Positions 1 to 9,458 of a DNA stretch of 64,000 bases are shown here, piece by piece (positions within the stretch are counted from its first letter, which is position 1; the number at the start of each line of letters is the position of its first letter). The position numbers and the translations under genes are program-made. Source of the stretch: an uncultured bacterium (GTDB taxonomy: Bacteria > Babelota > Babeliae > Babelales > Babelaceae); contig OY970332.1 in the NCBI GenBank assembly GCA_963717435.1, positions 352,001 through 416,000 on the forward strand, written 5' to 3'. The notes under the pieces are model-generated. The model did no database searches and was not told the origin of the DNA. It worked only from the letters and a program-made list of their open reading frames with translations.

Positions 1-2
1 AT

Positions 3-593
3 AGCATAACGCAAGAGGATAAGGCTGCTCTTTTAAAAGAGTTGGATGTTTTAGAATCAAAAGCAATTTCGGTTTTGAATGCAAAGTGGTATTTGCAAGT
101 CGGCGCGGGAGTCATATCTGCTGCTGCAACCGCTTGGTCACTTAATAAGCTTTATAATATTCATTATAAAAATCCTCAAAAAATTCATAATATATTTTTT
201 TCAAATGGCGATAACCCTATACATGAAAATTATTCTAATTATGGTGGTACATTTATATATTATTATGGAAAGAGAAACGATCAAACAGTAAACAATGCGC
301 TTCTTAAATCAAAAGTTCAGACAATTTTAGACAGCCTAAAGGAAATGGGGGTAAGCGCAAAAAAAGAATCGGATCTTTATGATCCAGAAAAATATTCTTA
401 TTATCACAAATTATCCTACAGAAATATTTCTATTAAAGCTTTAACAATACCTATAGCATTAATAGCTGCTGGGTTAAAGTATAAAAGCCAGATATCTTCC
501 GCTGTAAAAAATATTTTTGGTGGTGGATATAAAAAAGACTTAGAAAAAATTAAGCAAATTCGAGAGCTGCTTAAAGCTCTAAAAACAGTTTAA
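3..593 (+). CDS. Hypothetical protein, C-terminal part (frame open from the window start)
   Basis: Frame 3 is open from base 3 to TAA at 593. Hydrophobic stretches; no recognisable domain. Confidence 0.6.
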   Translation, partial: SITQEDKAALLKELDVLESKAISVLNAKWYLQVGAGVISAAATAWSLNKLYNIHYKNPQKIHNIFFSNGDNPIHENYSNYGGTFIYYYGKRNDQTVNNALLKSKVQTILDSLKEMGVSAKKESDLYDPEKYSYYHKLSYRNISIKALTIPIALIAAGLKYKSQISSAVKNIFGGGYKKDLEKIKQIRELLKALKTV

Positions 594-626
594 TTATTTT
601 TCAAAATTCACATTTGAAGAGCAATA

Positions 627-661
627 AGAAGGCGATATTATGAATTATAATATCGCCTTCT
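627..661 (+). terminator. Intrinsic terminator-like hairpin
   Basis: agaaggcgatattat-gaatt-ataatatcgccttct, followed by a T-rich tract, just after the stop at 593. Confidence 0.7.
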
Positions 662-773
662 GTCTTTTATCTAAGATTATTTCATATACGGGCATTTTCC
701 CCTAGAGATATCTAGTCTTATAGGCATTGTACTTGGTTCCCACTAAGTTAAAATTTCGTAGAACAGGCACCTT

Positions 774-802
774 TTGACAAAAATGCTTTAAGTTTATAAA
801 AT
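774..802 (+). promoter_or_regulatory. Sigma70-type promoter
   Basis: TTGACA-17 bp-TAAAAT upstream of ORF 849. Confidence 0.6.
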
Positions 803-848
803 AAATACAATCTGAATATAATAGATATAATAACTTGGGGGCGCTTTT

Positions 849-1280
849 ATGAAAAAATTACTTTTGTCTATTCTAGCCATTATGGCTCTTATCCCTGCTT
901 GTGGCGGGCACAAAAAGTCCGCTGTCAAAATGTTGTCTCTTCAAAAGAATATGTCCATGGGTCAGGTACGCGCTCATATGGGTGAACCCGATAAAGTAGC
1001 CGCTTCTTCAGTTGATCACAGAGGGAATCAAATTGATGTATGGGAATACAATCTCGGCATTTTTGATGAAGATAAGAATAGCACCAAAGTTATGTTTCAA
1101 GTTGGCGGTTGGTTAGCCTTCTGGCCATTATTGTGCTTTCCACAGGCGTGGAGATCGTCATGGACTTTTGACACGTATTTCTTTAAATTTGTAAATAAAG
1201 CACTTTTAAAGTGGGGAAGAAAAATCGATATCATCGATGTTTCAAATGAATACACACAGGCAAATTTATCAACTTACTAG
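849..1280 (+). CDS. Lipoprotein, SmpA/BamE-like small domain
   Basis: Lipobox LIPAC. The segment MSMGQVRAHMGEPD...DVWEY resembles the SmpA_OmlA pattern. Confidence 0.6.
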   Translation: MKKLLLSILAIMALIPACGGHKKSAVKMLSLQKNMSMGQVRAHMGEPDKVAASSVDHRGNQIDVWEYNLGIFDEDKNSTKVMFQVGGWLAFWPLLCFPQAWRSSWTFDTYFFKFVNKALLKWGRKIDIIDVSNEYTQANLSTY

Positions 1281-1285
1281 AAGAT

Positions 1286-2215
1286 ATGTTTATGAATAAA
1301 AAACTGTTAATATCTCTGTCTTTTATTTCTTTCGCGTTACCTGTAGCTTCTCAAGCATACGGCGCTGCGACTCTTATACTTTATGCTATTGATTATTATG
1401 TAAGCAAAGAAAAAGTGGGTTTTAATCAAGATCTTACCCAAAGAGCAATTAGAGAACATATTACTTTTGAAGATGTAATAGGCGCACAAAAGGCAAAAGA
1501 TGCTCTTATGGATATTGTTAATGCGCTAAAGAATAAGAGAATATATGACACTATTGGGGCCAAACTTCCAAAAGGGGTGCTTCTTGAGGGCAATCCTGGT
1601 AATGGTAAAACATTGCTAGCCAAGGCACTTGCTGGTGAAGCCGGGGTCAATTTTATCTCTATAAATGGTGCAGATTTTGCCGACAAATGGGTAGGCGAAG
1701 GCGTTAAGAAAGTTAAAGAGCTTTTTACACAAGCACGAGCAGAATCTCCATGTATTATTTTTATAGATGAGATAGATGCAATCGGAACCCGTGGTCAGGA
1801 ATTTGGTGGTGGTGCGCAAACAGAAACCAATAGAATAATCACTGAAATTTTGACAAACCTTGATGGTATGAGCACTGATAATAGCAAGCCTATTATTGTA
1901 ATTGGCGCAACAAATAGCAAAGACAGACTTGATCCAGCGCTACTGCGTTCAGGACGTTTTGACGTAGCCGTACGTGTTGAAGATCCAACGCTTCAAGAGC
2001 GCATAGAGCTTTTCAAATTTTATAGCAAAAAAGTAAAAATATCAGGTTCTATCGATTTTGCTGCGCTTGCCGCTCGAACCAATGGTTTTTCTTGCGCTGA
2101 CTGTGCAAACTTGGTTAATCAGGCTGCATTAGGCGCGGTACGCAGAAAGTCTACCTACGTCGAACAACGTGATTTTATAGAAGTGCTTGAAACGCGCGAT
2201 ATTCAAAAACGCTAA
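1286..2215 (+). CDS. FtsH-like AAA+ ATPase lacking the M41 protease domain, with N-terminal signal/anchor
   Basis: Walker A GNPGNGKT, Walker B IIFIDEID, SRH LDPALLRSGRFD. Protein ends right after the AAA lid; no HExxH. Confidence 0.85.
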   Translation: MFMNKKLLISLSFISFALPVASQAYGAATLILYAIDYYVSKEKVGFNQDLTQRAIREHITFEDVIGAQKAKDALMDIVNALKNKRIYDTIGAKLPKGVLLEGNPGNGKTLLAKALAGEAGVNFISINGADFADKWVGEGVKKVKELFTQARAESPCIIFIDEIDAIGTRGQEFGGGAQTETNRIITEILTNLDGMSTDNSKPIIVIGATNSKDRLDPALLRSGRFDVAVRVEDPTLQERIELFKFYSKKVKISGSIDFAALAARTNGFSCADCANLVNQAALGAVRRKSTYVEQRDFIEVLETRDIQKR

Positions 2216-2256
2216 CTCTCTAAAATCTGGAATTTTTACAACAAAATAAGCCATAT

Positions 2257-2754
2257 ATGAATCCAGAAGAAACTAGTCGAAAAAAAGTTTTCGAAAACAC
2301 AATTTATTATCTTGAAAACTATCTTAATCCAGATATAAATTGGGATAGAAATGTTACTCCTAAACAGAGAATTAATCAGATAAGATATGCTGATGTAAAC
2401 TGGAAAACAGTGTATGTTCATATCAAAGCTATGGACTACTATGAGTTTTTAAAAACACCCTACTGGAAAGCAATTTCCGCCCATGCCAAATATAAAGCTG
2501 GATACAGGTGTCAGCTATGTAACAACTCTTATTATTTGGTTACACATCATAGAAATTACGCTATACACGGCCGCGAACATGATTACATGAATGAATTAAT
2601 AGTGCTTTGCCGTATTTGTCATAATAAATTTCATGAGCAAATTCCCAAATTCAAACGCGAGACTAGAGAATCATCTGAACCCCAGATGGGAATAGCATTA
2701 ATGCTATTATCTGCTTTTTTTATATTTTATATGTTTTTACTGTTCGTGAGTTAA
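2257..2754 (+). CDS. HNH-like zinc-binding nuclease with C-terminal TM helix
   Basis: CQLC...VTHHRNY...LCRICHNKFH pattern; hydrophobic C-terminus. Confidence 0.6.
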   Translation: MNPEETSRKKVFENTIYYLENYLNPDINWDRNVTPKQRINQIRYADVNWKTVYVHIKAMDYYEFLKTPYWKAISAHAKYKAGYRCQLCNNSYYLVTHHRNYAIHGREHDYMNELIVLCRICHNKFHEQIPKFKRETRESSEPQMGIALMLLSAFFIFYMFLLFVS

Positions 2755-2884
2755 ATTTCCCCCGTCTCCTAAAAAGACTTCGTTTTTTGATTATTTTATT
2801 TAAAAGTCTCAATTCAAAACCCTAGCTATTTAATTTTCAAGATTCGTATACTTTATCTCGAAATAAAAATCGGGAGAAACAATC

Positions 2885-4108
2885 TTGAGAAAACAAACTC
2901 TGAAAATATTAGCAATAATTTTAATTTTAAATTTTTATAAAGATTTAATCGGGCATGGTTCGGGAGAGCACCGAGAATGGGGCGTGCTGTTTTATATTAA
3001 GTCGGGTTTATCATCCAATGTCTTGGTACAAGAAAAGCTTGCTCAAATCGAAAATGGAGCAAATGACAACTGTTTTATTTCAATAACAGTTGATCAGGAA
3101 ATAGATTCTGAAAAACAAAGTCGAATAATAACAGGCTATGAAATCGAATCTGATAAATTAATAAAAAAATCTGAAAAGCTATTAACTCATGAAACGAGAG
3201 TTGAATCTATTACTAGCTCTCTGTGTTGGGATGAGCATAAACCTGCCAAATATTTTTTATTGGTCCTAGTAGATCTTGATCAAAATAATCTCAAAAAAAG
3301 CACGGGTATTGAAATTGGCATATTTAATCATAACAAAGCTGACTTGTGTCTGACTGATGAAGATCTTCAAAAAATTACAGAAATATTACATAAAAAACTT
3401 AAAAAACAACTGGATATAATATTCTTAGATTCTGATGCATCGGGAAATATTGATCTAGCTTTTGCAGCAAGAGAAAATGCAAAATTATTAATATCGTTTC
3501 AGGAAAGATATAGCCCTAAAGTGGTTAATTATTCAAAAATATTAAATTTAACAAAATCTGGGCATATTAGCCCCAAAGAGTTTGGCAAAAATATTGTAAA
3601 ATCAATTGGCGAAAAAGGCTCAAAAGAAAACAAATATTCTGTAAGTTTATTAAATCTTTCAGAAATAAATTTAAGTTTTTTGGATGCATTTAATCAAATA
3701 TTTTCGAGCTTGGCATTAATTGTGAGCAAAAGAAGCTGCTTTCTTGAATATATAATACAAGCAAGAAAAGATTCGGTTGGACTTAAAAATAAAATATTTA
3801 TTGATTTTATTCTGTTTCTTTTAAAACTAATAGATAAAATTAGAGCGATAGACTGCAGCTATGATTATACTTTAGATATATTAGAAAATAATCTAAAATC
3901 TGCGTATAAACTCACAGAAAGTTTAATTATTTTTCATAAAGCCAATTTTGATACGCGTGGTATTTCTATATACTTTCCAGAATCGGGCTTATCTTACACA
4001 AACTATGACTATAATACATCTTGGGCTAGGGCCACGCACTGGCCCGATTTTTTACTGCACTTGGGAAATGCGTTAAAAACAGCTTTAAATTTTGAGAGGG
4101 GAACATGA
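2885..4108 (+). CDS. Clostripain (C11)-like protein, apparently lacking catalytic residues
   Basis: Colinear with the next ORF (LDIIFLDSD vs IDLLAFDAC; GISIYFP vs GLTIYFP; WxxFL). No HG motif or catalytic Cys. Signal peptide present. Confidence 0.6.
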   Translation: MRKQTLKILAIILILNFYKDLIGHGSGEHREWGVLFYIKSGLSSNVLVQEKLAQIENGANDNCFISITVDQEIDSEKQSRIITGYEIESDKLIKKSEKLLTHETRVESITSSLCWDEHKPAKYFLLVLVDLDQNNLKKSTGIEIGIFNHNKADLCLTDEDLQKITEILHKKLKKQLDIIFLDSDASGNIDLAFAARENAKLLISFQERYSPKVVNYSKILNLTKSGHISPKEFGKNIVKSIGEKGSKENKYSVSLLNLSEINLSFLDAFNQIFSSLALIVSKRSCFLEYIIQARKDSVGLKNKIFIDFILFLLKLIDKIRAIDCSYDYTLDILENNLKSAYKLTESLIIFHKANFDTRGISIYFPESGLSYTNYDYNTSWARATHWPDFLLHLGNALKTALNFERGT

Positions 4109-5382
4109 ACAAAAACCAAAATCTTTTAATATTATTTTCACTAATATTCTTAAACTACTTAGTTCTAAAAACAGATACACAAATTGACTCTAATATCGAG
4201 TTAGCAGAAGAATTTACAGAGATCTTAAAAAATCCTGACGAAATTAAAAAAGATACGCGAGATTGGCTCATTTTTGTATATATCGCTGCAAATAATAATT
4301 TAAAAAATGCGGCACTTAAAGATATAGAAAGATTAAGACTCGGCTCCAATGATAAGGCACATGTTCTTGTCTCACTTCACACCAAAAGAGATGGCAAAAG
4401 AGTCTCTGAACGAATGGTTATACAAAATAAAAAAATTAACTTTGACGGAAAAATCCCCGTAGTAGATAGTGGTCGCCCAGAAACATTGGAAGCTGAATTA
4501 AAATGGGCATTAGGATATCAAGCAAAAAATATTATGGTCGTGTTATGGGGGCATGGAACCGGAGCTTTAAACAAAAGTGAATACAACCCCTTAAGAGCAG
4601 TATGTGGTGATGATGATACCGGAAATAAATTAACTGATGCTGATATAAAAAAGACATTTGAATCTGTCTTAAAGTTATATAATAAAAAAATAGATTTACT
4701 CGCATTCGATGCATGTCTCATGGCCGGTGTGGAAGTGGGTTATGCAGTCAGAAACTGTGCCAATTTTATGATAGCTGCTGAAACTTCACTGCCCGGAGAG
4801 GCCATCAGCTACACCGAGATCCTAAAATTAATTGAAACAGAGAAACTAACACCTTTAAATCTTGCCAGATCGATAATTAAAATCTATAGAAAAAATTTTA
4901 ATGAAAATACAAAGTTTTATTCTGTGTCTGCTATAGATTTATCCAAAATGTGGGATCTTTCAAAAAATGTATCTATGTCTTGCAATATGCTAAAACTTCT
5001 AGAAGAAAAAAGTACAGAAAATGTCTCCACAATAAAAAAGGTTGCCCGCGAGAGCTTGCGGTTTGGCGACAGCGACTACGTGGATCTGGGGGACTTTTAT
5101 ACGAATCTGCAAAACAGTCTTTATTATAATCAATCTTTAAAGCCCAATCAGAAAGATATATTAGACGCTTTGATGGAAGAAGTGCAAAATGTATTACAAA
5201 AAGCCGTGATCGAATCTGCGTTAAGTGCAACTTATAAAAAAGCTTCTGGACTAACTATATACTTCCCACTTTCACGGCCGTATCACGATTCTTATGATGA
5301 TTCTGTCTGGGCAAAGGAAAATCTCTGGCCATATTTTCTCAAACATCATATTACTTTATCGACCACGCCGTATATAATATAA
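4105..5382 (+). CDS. Clostripain-family (C11) cysteine peptidase, exported
   Basis: WLIFVYIAANNNL, LWGHGTG, FDACLM, GLTIYFP motifs; signal peptide. Confidence 0.85.
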   Translation: MNKNQNLLILFSLIFLNYLVLKTDTQIDSNIELAEEFTEILKNPDEIKKDTRDWLIFVYIAANNNLKNAALKDIERLRLGSNDKAHVLVSLHTKRDGKRVSERMVIQNKKINFDGKIPVVDSGRPETLEAELKWALGYQAKNIMVVLWGHGTGALNKSEYNPLRAVCGDDDTGNKLTDADIKKTFESVLKLYNKKIDLLAFDACLMAGVEVGYAVRNCANFMIAAETSLPGEAISYTEILKLIETEKLTPLNLARSIIKIYRKNFNENTKFYSVSAIDLSKMWDLSKNVSMSCNMLKLLEEKSTENVSTIKKVARESLRFGDSDYVDLGDFYTNLQNSLYYNQSLKPNQKDILDALMEEVQNVLQKAVIESALSATYKKASGLTIYFPLSRPYHDSYDDSVWAKENLWPYFLKHHITLSTTPYII

Positions 5383-5464
5383 ATAATTAAATTTTGTTAT
5401 AATATTACGTGATAAATTTGGTTAAAAACTTACAAAACAAATTAAAATAAAAAGTAAATAAATT

Positions 5465-6544
5465 ATGCACAAAACAAAACTAAGCACAATATTTTTTAGC
5501 CTAATTTTATGCAAAATATCAGTAATGGGTATGGAGCCTGAAGAAAATCCGGATAAAAAAGTAGAAAATGTTGAGAAAAATTATAATTTCAACTTCGTCA
5601 ATTCAATTTCGACAGGCGATGAAAATATTTCTATTGGAGGATTTGCAACAGCTGGAAGAAGGCCTCAAATGGAAGATGTATCCCAATACATCACAGAATT
5701 TGGTCCAAAAGGAGATTGCATGCTTTTTGCAATCTTTGATGGCCATGCCGGCAAAGAAGTAGCTAAGCATTGCGCAAATTGGCTTTATAAAATAATACAA
5801 ACACATCCAGAATTTGAGACAAACACCGAAAAAGCACTTATAGATTCTTTTGAAAATTTTAATAAATCAGAAATAATACAGAAGACACAGCCCATTAATT
5901 GCGGGAGCTGTGCAATAGTTGTAATAATAAAAAACAACAAAATTTATTCTGCAAATTTGGGTGATTCAAAAGCTATTTTGTGCAAAAATGGCAAAGCTAT
6001 TAAATTGTCAAACGACCACTCTGTTAATTCAGAAAGCGAATGCGAAAGAGTCATAAAAGCGGGAGGCTATATTAAGACAATTATTAAAGAAAAAAATATT
6101 GTAAAGCGATTCGTAGTGGACAATCCAACTGCTTTCCTTGATATAATAATGCCATCTAGAAGATTTTGTAGGCTGGGAAAATATGCAGGGATTATTTCAA
6201 CCCCAGAGATTATGGTAGAAAATTTGGATTCCAATACTGAGTTTTTAATCTTGGGCTGTGATGGAATTTTTGAAGAGAATATGACCGAACAAGATGCTGT
6301 TGATATTGTAAGAAAAGTTTTATTAGAGGATTTAGCAGGCAAATTGATGAACTCAACTCTAGCGGCAAAAAAGCTTGTAGAAAAAGCCTATGACAGACAA
6401 AGCGGTGATAACTTAAGCGCTATTGTTGTCGGATTTAATAAGCCAAAAACAAAGGCTTTGGCTAGACTACTGGTAGAAAATAACGATTCTGAGGATGTTG
6501 CTATGGCAGAAACATCTAAATTTCAAAAAACTGAAGATAATTAA
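5465..6544 (+). CDS. PP2C-type (PPM) Ser/Thr phosphatase, eukaryote-like, with signal peptide
   Basis: GRRPQMED, FAIFDGHAG, ANLGDS, LSNDH, LILGCDGI, DNLSAIVV motifs. Confidence 0.85.
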   Translation: MHKTKLSTIFFSLILCKISVMGMEPEENPDKKVENVEKNYNFNFVNSISTGDENISIGGFATAGRRPQMEDVSQYITEFGPKGDCMLFAIFDGHAGKEVAKHCANWLYKIIQTHPEFETNTEKALIDSFENFNKSEIIQKTQPINCGSCAIVVIIKNNKIYSANLGDSKAILCKNGKAIKLSNDHSVNSESECERVIKAGGYIKTIIKEKNIVKRFVVDNPTAFLDIIMPSRRFCRLGKYAGIISTPEIMVENLDSNTEFLILGCDGIFEENMTEQDAVDIVRKVLLEDLAGKLMNSTLAAKKLVEKAYDRQSGDNLSAIVVGFNKPKTKALARLLVENNDSEDVAMAETSKFQKTEDN

Positions 6545-7425
6545 ATTTTGGGCAGCTTTTGTTTGATCTTAAAAAACTTTGCCCAGGGGTCCGCGATGCG
6601 CGAGATTCTTTTAAAGATATTTTTTATATTATATTTTTGCGCATTTAATTTTGGATCATCAAGCTCTTTCCAAGAAAGAGGCGTTGCAACCGGAGCGCCT
6701 GGTTTAGCTCGTACTCCATAAGGTGCAACGCCCGTTTGAGCAAATGCATTTCGTAAAAAATCTATAAAAATTTTATTGCCCCGTTTCTCTTTTCGCATTT
6801 CAAGAGTAAAAAGATCAGGATGTAATTTTAAAAGTTGTTCACTAAGAGTTCTTGCAAAATCTTTAACTTGATCATAATCAGAAGATCTATCAAGCGGGAT
6901 AACTACGTGAAGGCCCTTAGAGCCGGTTGTCATGACAAAAGACTCTAACTTTAATTTATCTAAGATATTTTTTAAAATTTTTGCTGCTTTGCAAACTTTT
7001 TCAAATTGGGGCTCTTCTGAATCGAAATCAAATATTAATCTATCTGGGTAGTTTAATTTATCGATCTTACTTAGCCAGATATGGGGCTCTATCATGGCAA
7101 GATTTGCAAGATATACTAAAGTTTCAGGATTATCACATACAACGTAAGATGTACTGCCACCAGATTTTTTTGCTATTTTTTTTATATGCAACCAGCTTGG
7201 AACGTTACCCTTAATGTCTTTTTGGAAAAATCCCATAGAGTCTATGCCATTTGGAAATCTGCGCAAATTTAGCGGACGATCAGAAAGATACGGGAGCATT
7301 ATGGGGCTAATTTTATTGTAATATTCTATTAGGTCGCCCTTAGTGATATTATCTTCGGGGAACAGAACTTTATCTAGATTTGTAACTTCGATATCTGTTT
7401 TTCCCGCTCTTATTATTTTATCCAA
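6541..7425 (-). CDS. ligD: LigD polymerase/primase (AEP) domain, stand-alone
   Basis: TNLDKVLFP...TKGDL, RFPNGI, FFQK, PDRLIFDFD, TTGSKGLHV, APYGVRA, VATPLSW. Confidence 0.9.
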   Translation of the reverse strand: MDKIIRAGKTDIEVTNLDKVLFPEDNITKGDLIEYYNKISPIMLPYLSDRPLNLRRFPNGIDSMGFFQKDIKGNVPSWLHIKKIAKKSGGSTSYVVCDNPETLVYLANLAMIEPHIWLSKIDKLNYPDRLIFDFDSEEPQFEKVCKAAKILKNILDKLKLESFVMTTGSKGLHVVIPLDRSSDYDQVKDFARTLSEQLLKLHPDLFTLEMRKEKRGNKIFIDFLRNAFAQTGVAPYGVRAKPGAPVATPLSWKELDDPKLNAQKYNIKNIFKRISRIADPWAKFFKIKQKLPKI

Positions 7426-7455
7426 AATAGTTTACCCAGTTTATAATTTTGTTTA

Positions 7456-7878
7456 TTAATCTTTTTTGATTTTAAATAGCAGCCAGTTCTCGTTTTTTCC
7501 ATCGCCAAGCTTAGTTTTTACAAGAGCGTAACTGCTATCAAGTTTTTTTCCGGAAAATTTAACTTCAATTGCGCCGCTTTCAAAGCATTGTTGCATATCT
7601 TGAGTTTTTAGATTTTTATAGGACCCTGAATCCCATTTTTCTACAGTTCCTGCGCCATACTGACCCTCGGGGATCACACCTTCAAATTTTGCCCAATTTA
7701 TATCGTGATCGGGTTGCAAAATAGCAAGACGCTTTTCACCAAATTTAAGCGGCGGCCCTTTTGGAACTGCCCAAGATTTCAAAACGCCACCTATTTCGAG
7801 CCTCACGTCATAATGCAAATGTGATGCATCATGTTTTTGGACAACAAATATGGGTTCTTTTTTGGGATTTGTAGACAT
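7456..7878 (-). CDS. LigD 3'-phosphoesterase (PE) domain, stand-alone
   Basis: FVVQKHDASHLHYDVRLE, LKSWAVPKGP, FEGVIPEGQYGAG. Start reassigned to ATG 7878 (MSTNPKK). Confidence 0.9.
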   Translation of the reverse strand: MSTNPKKEPIFVVQKHDASHLHYDVRLEIGGVLKSWAVPKGPPLKFGEKRLAILQPDHDINWAKFEGVIPEGQYGAGTVEKWDSGSYKNLKTQDMQQCFESGAIEVKFSGKKLDSSYALVKTKLGDGKNENWLLFKIKKD

Positions 7879-8261
7879 ATTTTTATCTAAAACCCCAGGA
7901 AAAAAGCTATCACGAATATTGACAGGAACAGCAAGAAGAATATTTTCGCGACATTGGTTAAGCTTTTTTCCAGACCAGAAAAACCCAAAACACCTGCTAA
8001 TAACCCCATAACTAGAAACGCTAGCGACCATCTTAAAAACATAATGAACCCTCAAATTTAAAGCTTTAAGTTTTATAAAAAACTTTCTTTGAACTTTATT
8101 AAAACAAAAATATTTATTCGATTTCAAGCTTCCTGAAAAGTTATCCAAAAAATCTTATAAATAAGGGCTAATTTTGAAACAATTGTACCACTTGACAAGA
8201 TAAATTTTGTGCCCAAAATAATCTAGATTATAATATTTTTAGGGAACATTTAGGTAATATT

Positions 8262-9362
8262 ATGAAACACATGAAAAACATCAAACTCAAATTTCTGATC
8301 TTAGGGGCGTTATTAAGTTCAAAGTCTGCTCTACTCTCCATGGCTGACGTCGAGCATGATATGCAAATTGATGCTACATCCATTGAGTACAGCGACCCCG
8401 ACGTTAAAGCACTTCTTTCTATGCATGATGTCGAGCAGGATGACTCGTTAATGGCTACTATGCCTACAGAAGACACTGATAGTCTTATTGATCCTAAACT
8501 ACAAAAATTCTTAAAAGCCAAGGACCTAAATACCTTTAGTGAAGCCGAAAAAACAGAAGTTGCAGAAAATTTGAGGTCCGAGTTGAAGGCATTTTTTTTC
8601 CAAGAATTTTTGCACAGATATGATTCTTTTAACTATGGCGGATACACGGATTACTGCGAAAAACTGGCGCTTGCGGCAGTATATTCTGATTCACCGTTTC
8701 ATAAGCCATCGTTAAACCTAAGATTAGCATTTAGACAGGATAGAGAGATGGCTCGCGAGCTATTATCTGAAATTATAGAAAACAATGGAAAAGCTTCTTG
8801 GATTTCTATTGCTGCTCGATTTGAACTAACCATGCTTGCGACAGAGCTGAATCATAAAGATGAATATACTGATTCCAGCAAATTGGCGGCAGCAAAATCT
8901 ATAATTACACTCTCTAAGCAAGATATAAACAAAAAAACAAAAATTGATGCCTCCAGACTGCTTGTAAGATGTTGGCTATATAAAAACCAGTATCTCCATG
9001 GAACAATCTCTGATATAAACGATGCGATTGTTGGTCTTTTGGACGATTTGGCACAACTGAATTCTTATAAATATATGCTTCACTTGGCCAAATATGGGTA
9101 TGGGCCAGTAAATAAATATATTACAGAATATATAGAAAAAGAGATTGCTGCTATGGAATCGCTTAAACAACTAGGATATGGTTTAGTTCCCACGCAAAAA
9201 TCCCCGAATAGGCCTGAAGCAAGACCAAAAAAAATTGTCGAAGAATTTGCAAATGAGCAAAAATATATTTTTGCGTCTGAAATGGTCCCGCAAGAAATTA
9301 CCAGGCAGCCTAAAAAGCAGCTTAAAAGGGCTGGGAAAAGAAAAAAAGGATGGAAAAGTTGA
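8262..9362 (+). CDS. Hypothetical exported protein with basic C-terminal tail
   Basis: Long ORF; signal peptide then MADVE; ends PKKQLKRAGKRKKGWKS. Confidence 0.7.
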   Translation: MKHMKNIKLKFLILGALLSSKSALLSMADVEHDMQIDATSIEYSDPDVKALLSMHDVEQDDSLMATMPTEDTDSLIDPKLQKFLKAKDLNTFSEAEKTEVAENLRSELKAFFFQEFLHRYDSFNYGGYTDYCEKLALAAVYSDSPFHKPSLNLRLAFRQDREMARELLSEIIENNGKASWISIAARFELTMLATELNHKDEYTDSSKLAAAKSIITLSKQDINKKTKIDASRLLVRCWLYKNQYLHGTISDINDAIVGLLDDLAQLNSYKYMLHLAKYGYGPVNKYITEYIEKEIAAMESLKQLGYGLVPTQKSPNRPEARPKKIVEEFANEQKYIFASEMVPQEITRQPKKQLKRAGKRKKGWKS

Positions 9363-9458
9363 TTAGCTCTTCTCTTTTGTTTATGTGAAAAAGCTGTATA
9401 ATAGAAACATATTTTTGTTTAAACTTTTAAAAAACATTATTAAATCGGGACTTTTCCC

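Noticed and set aside
7879-8148. 90-aa N-terminal extension of the LigD PE ORF
   Set aside because: No domain signal; the PE domain begins at MSTNPKK (7878).
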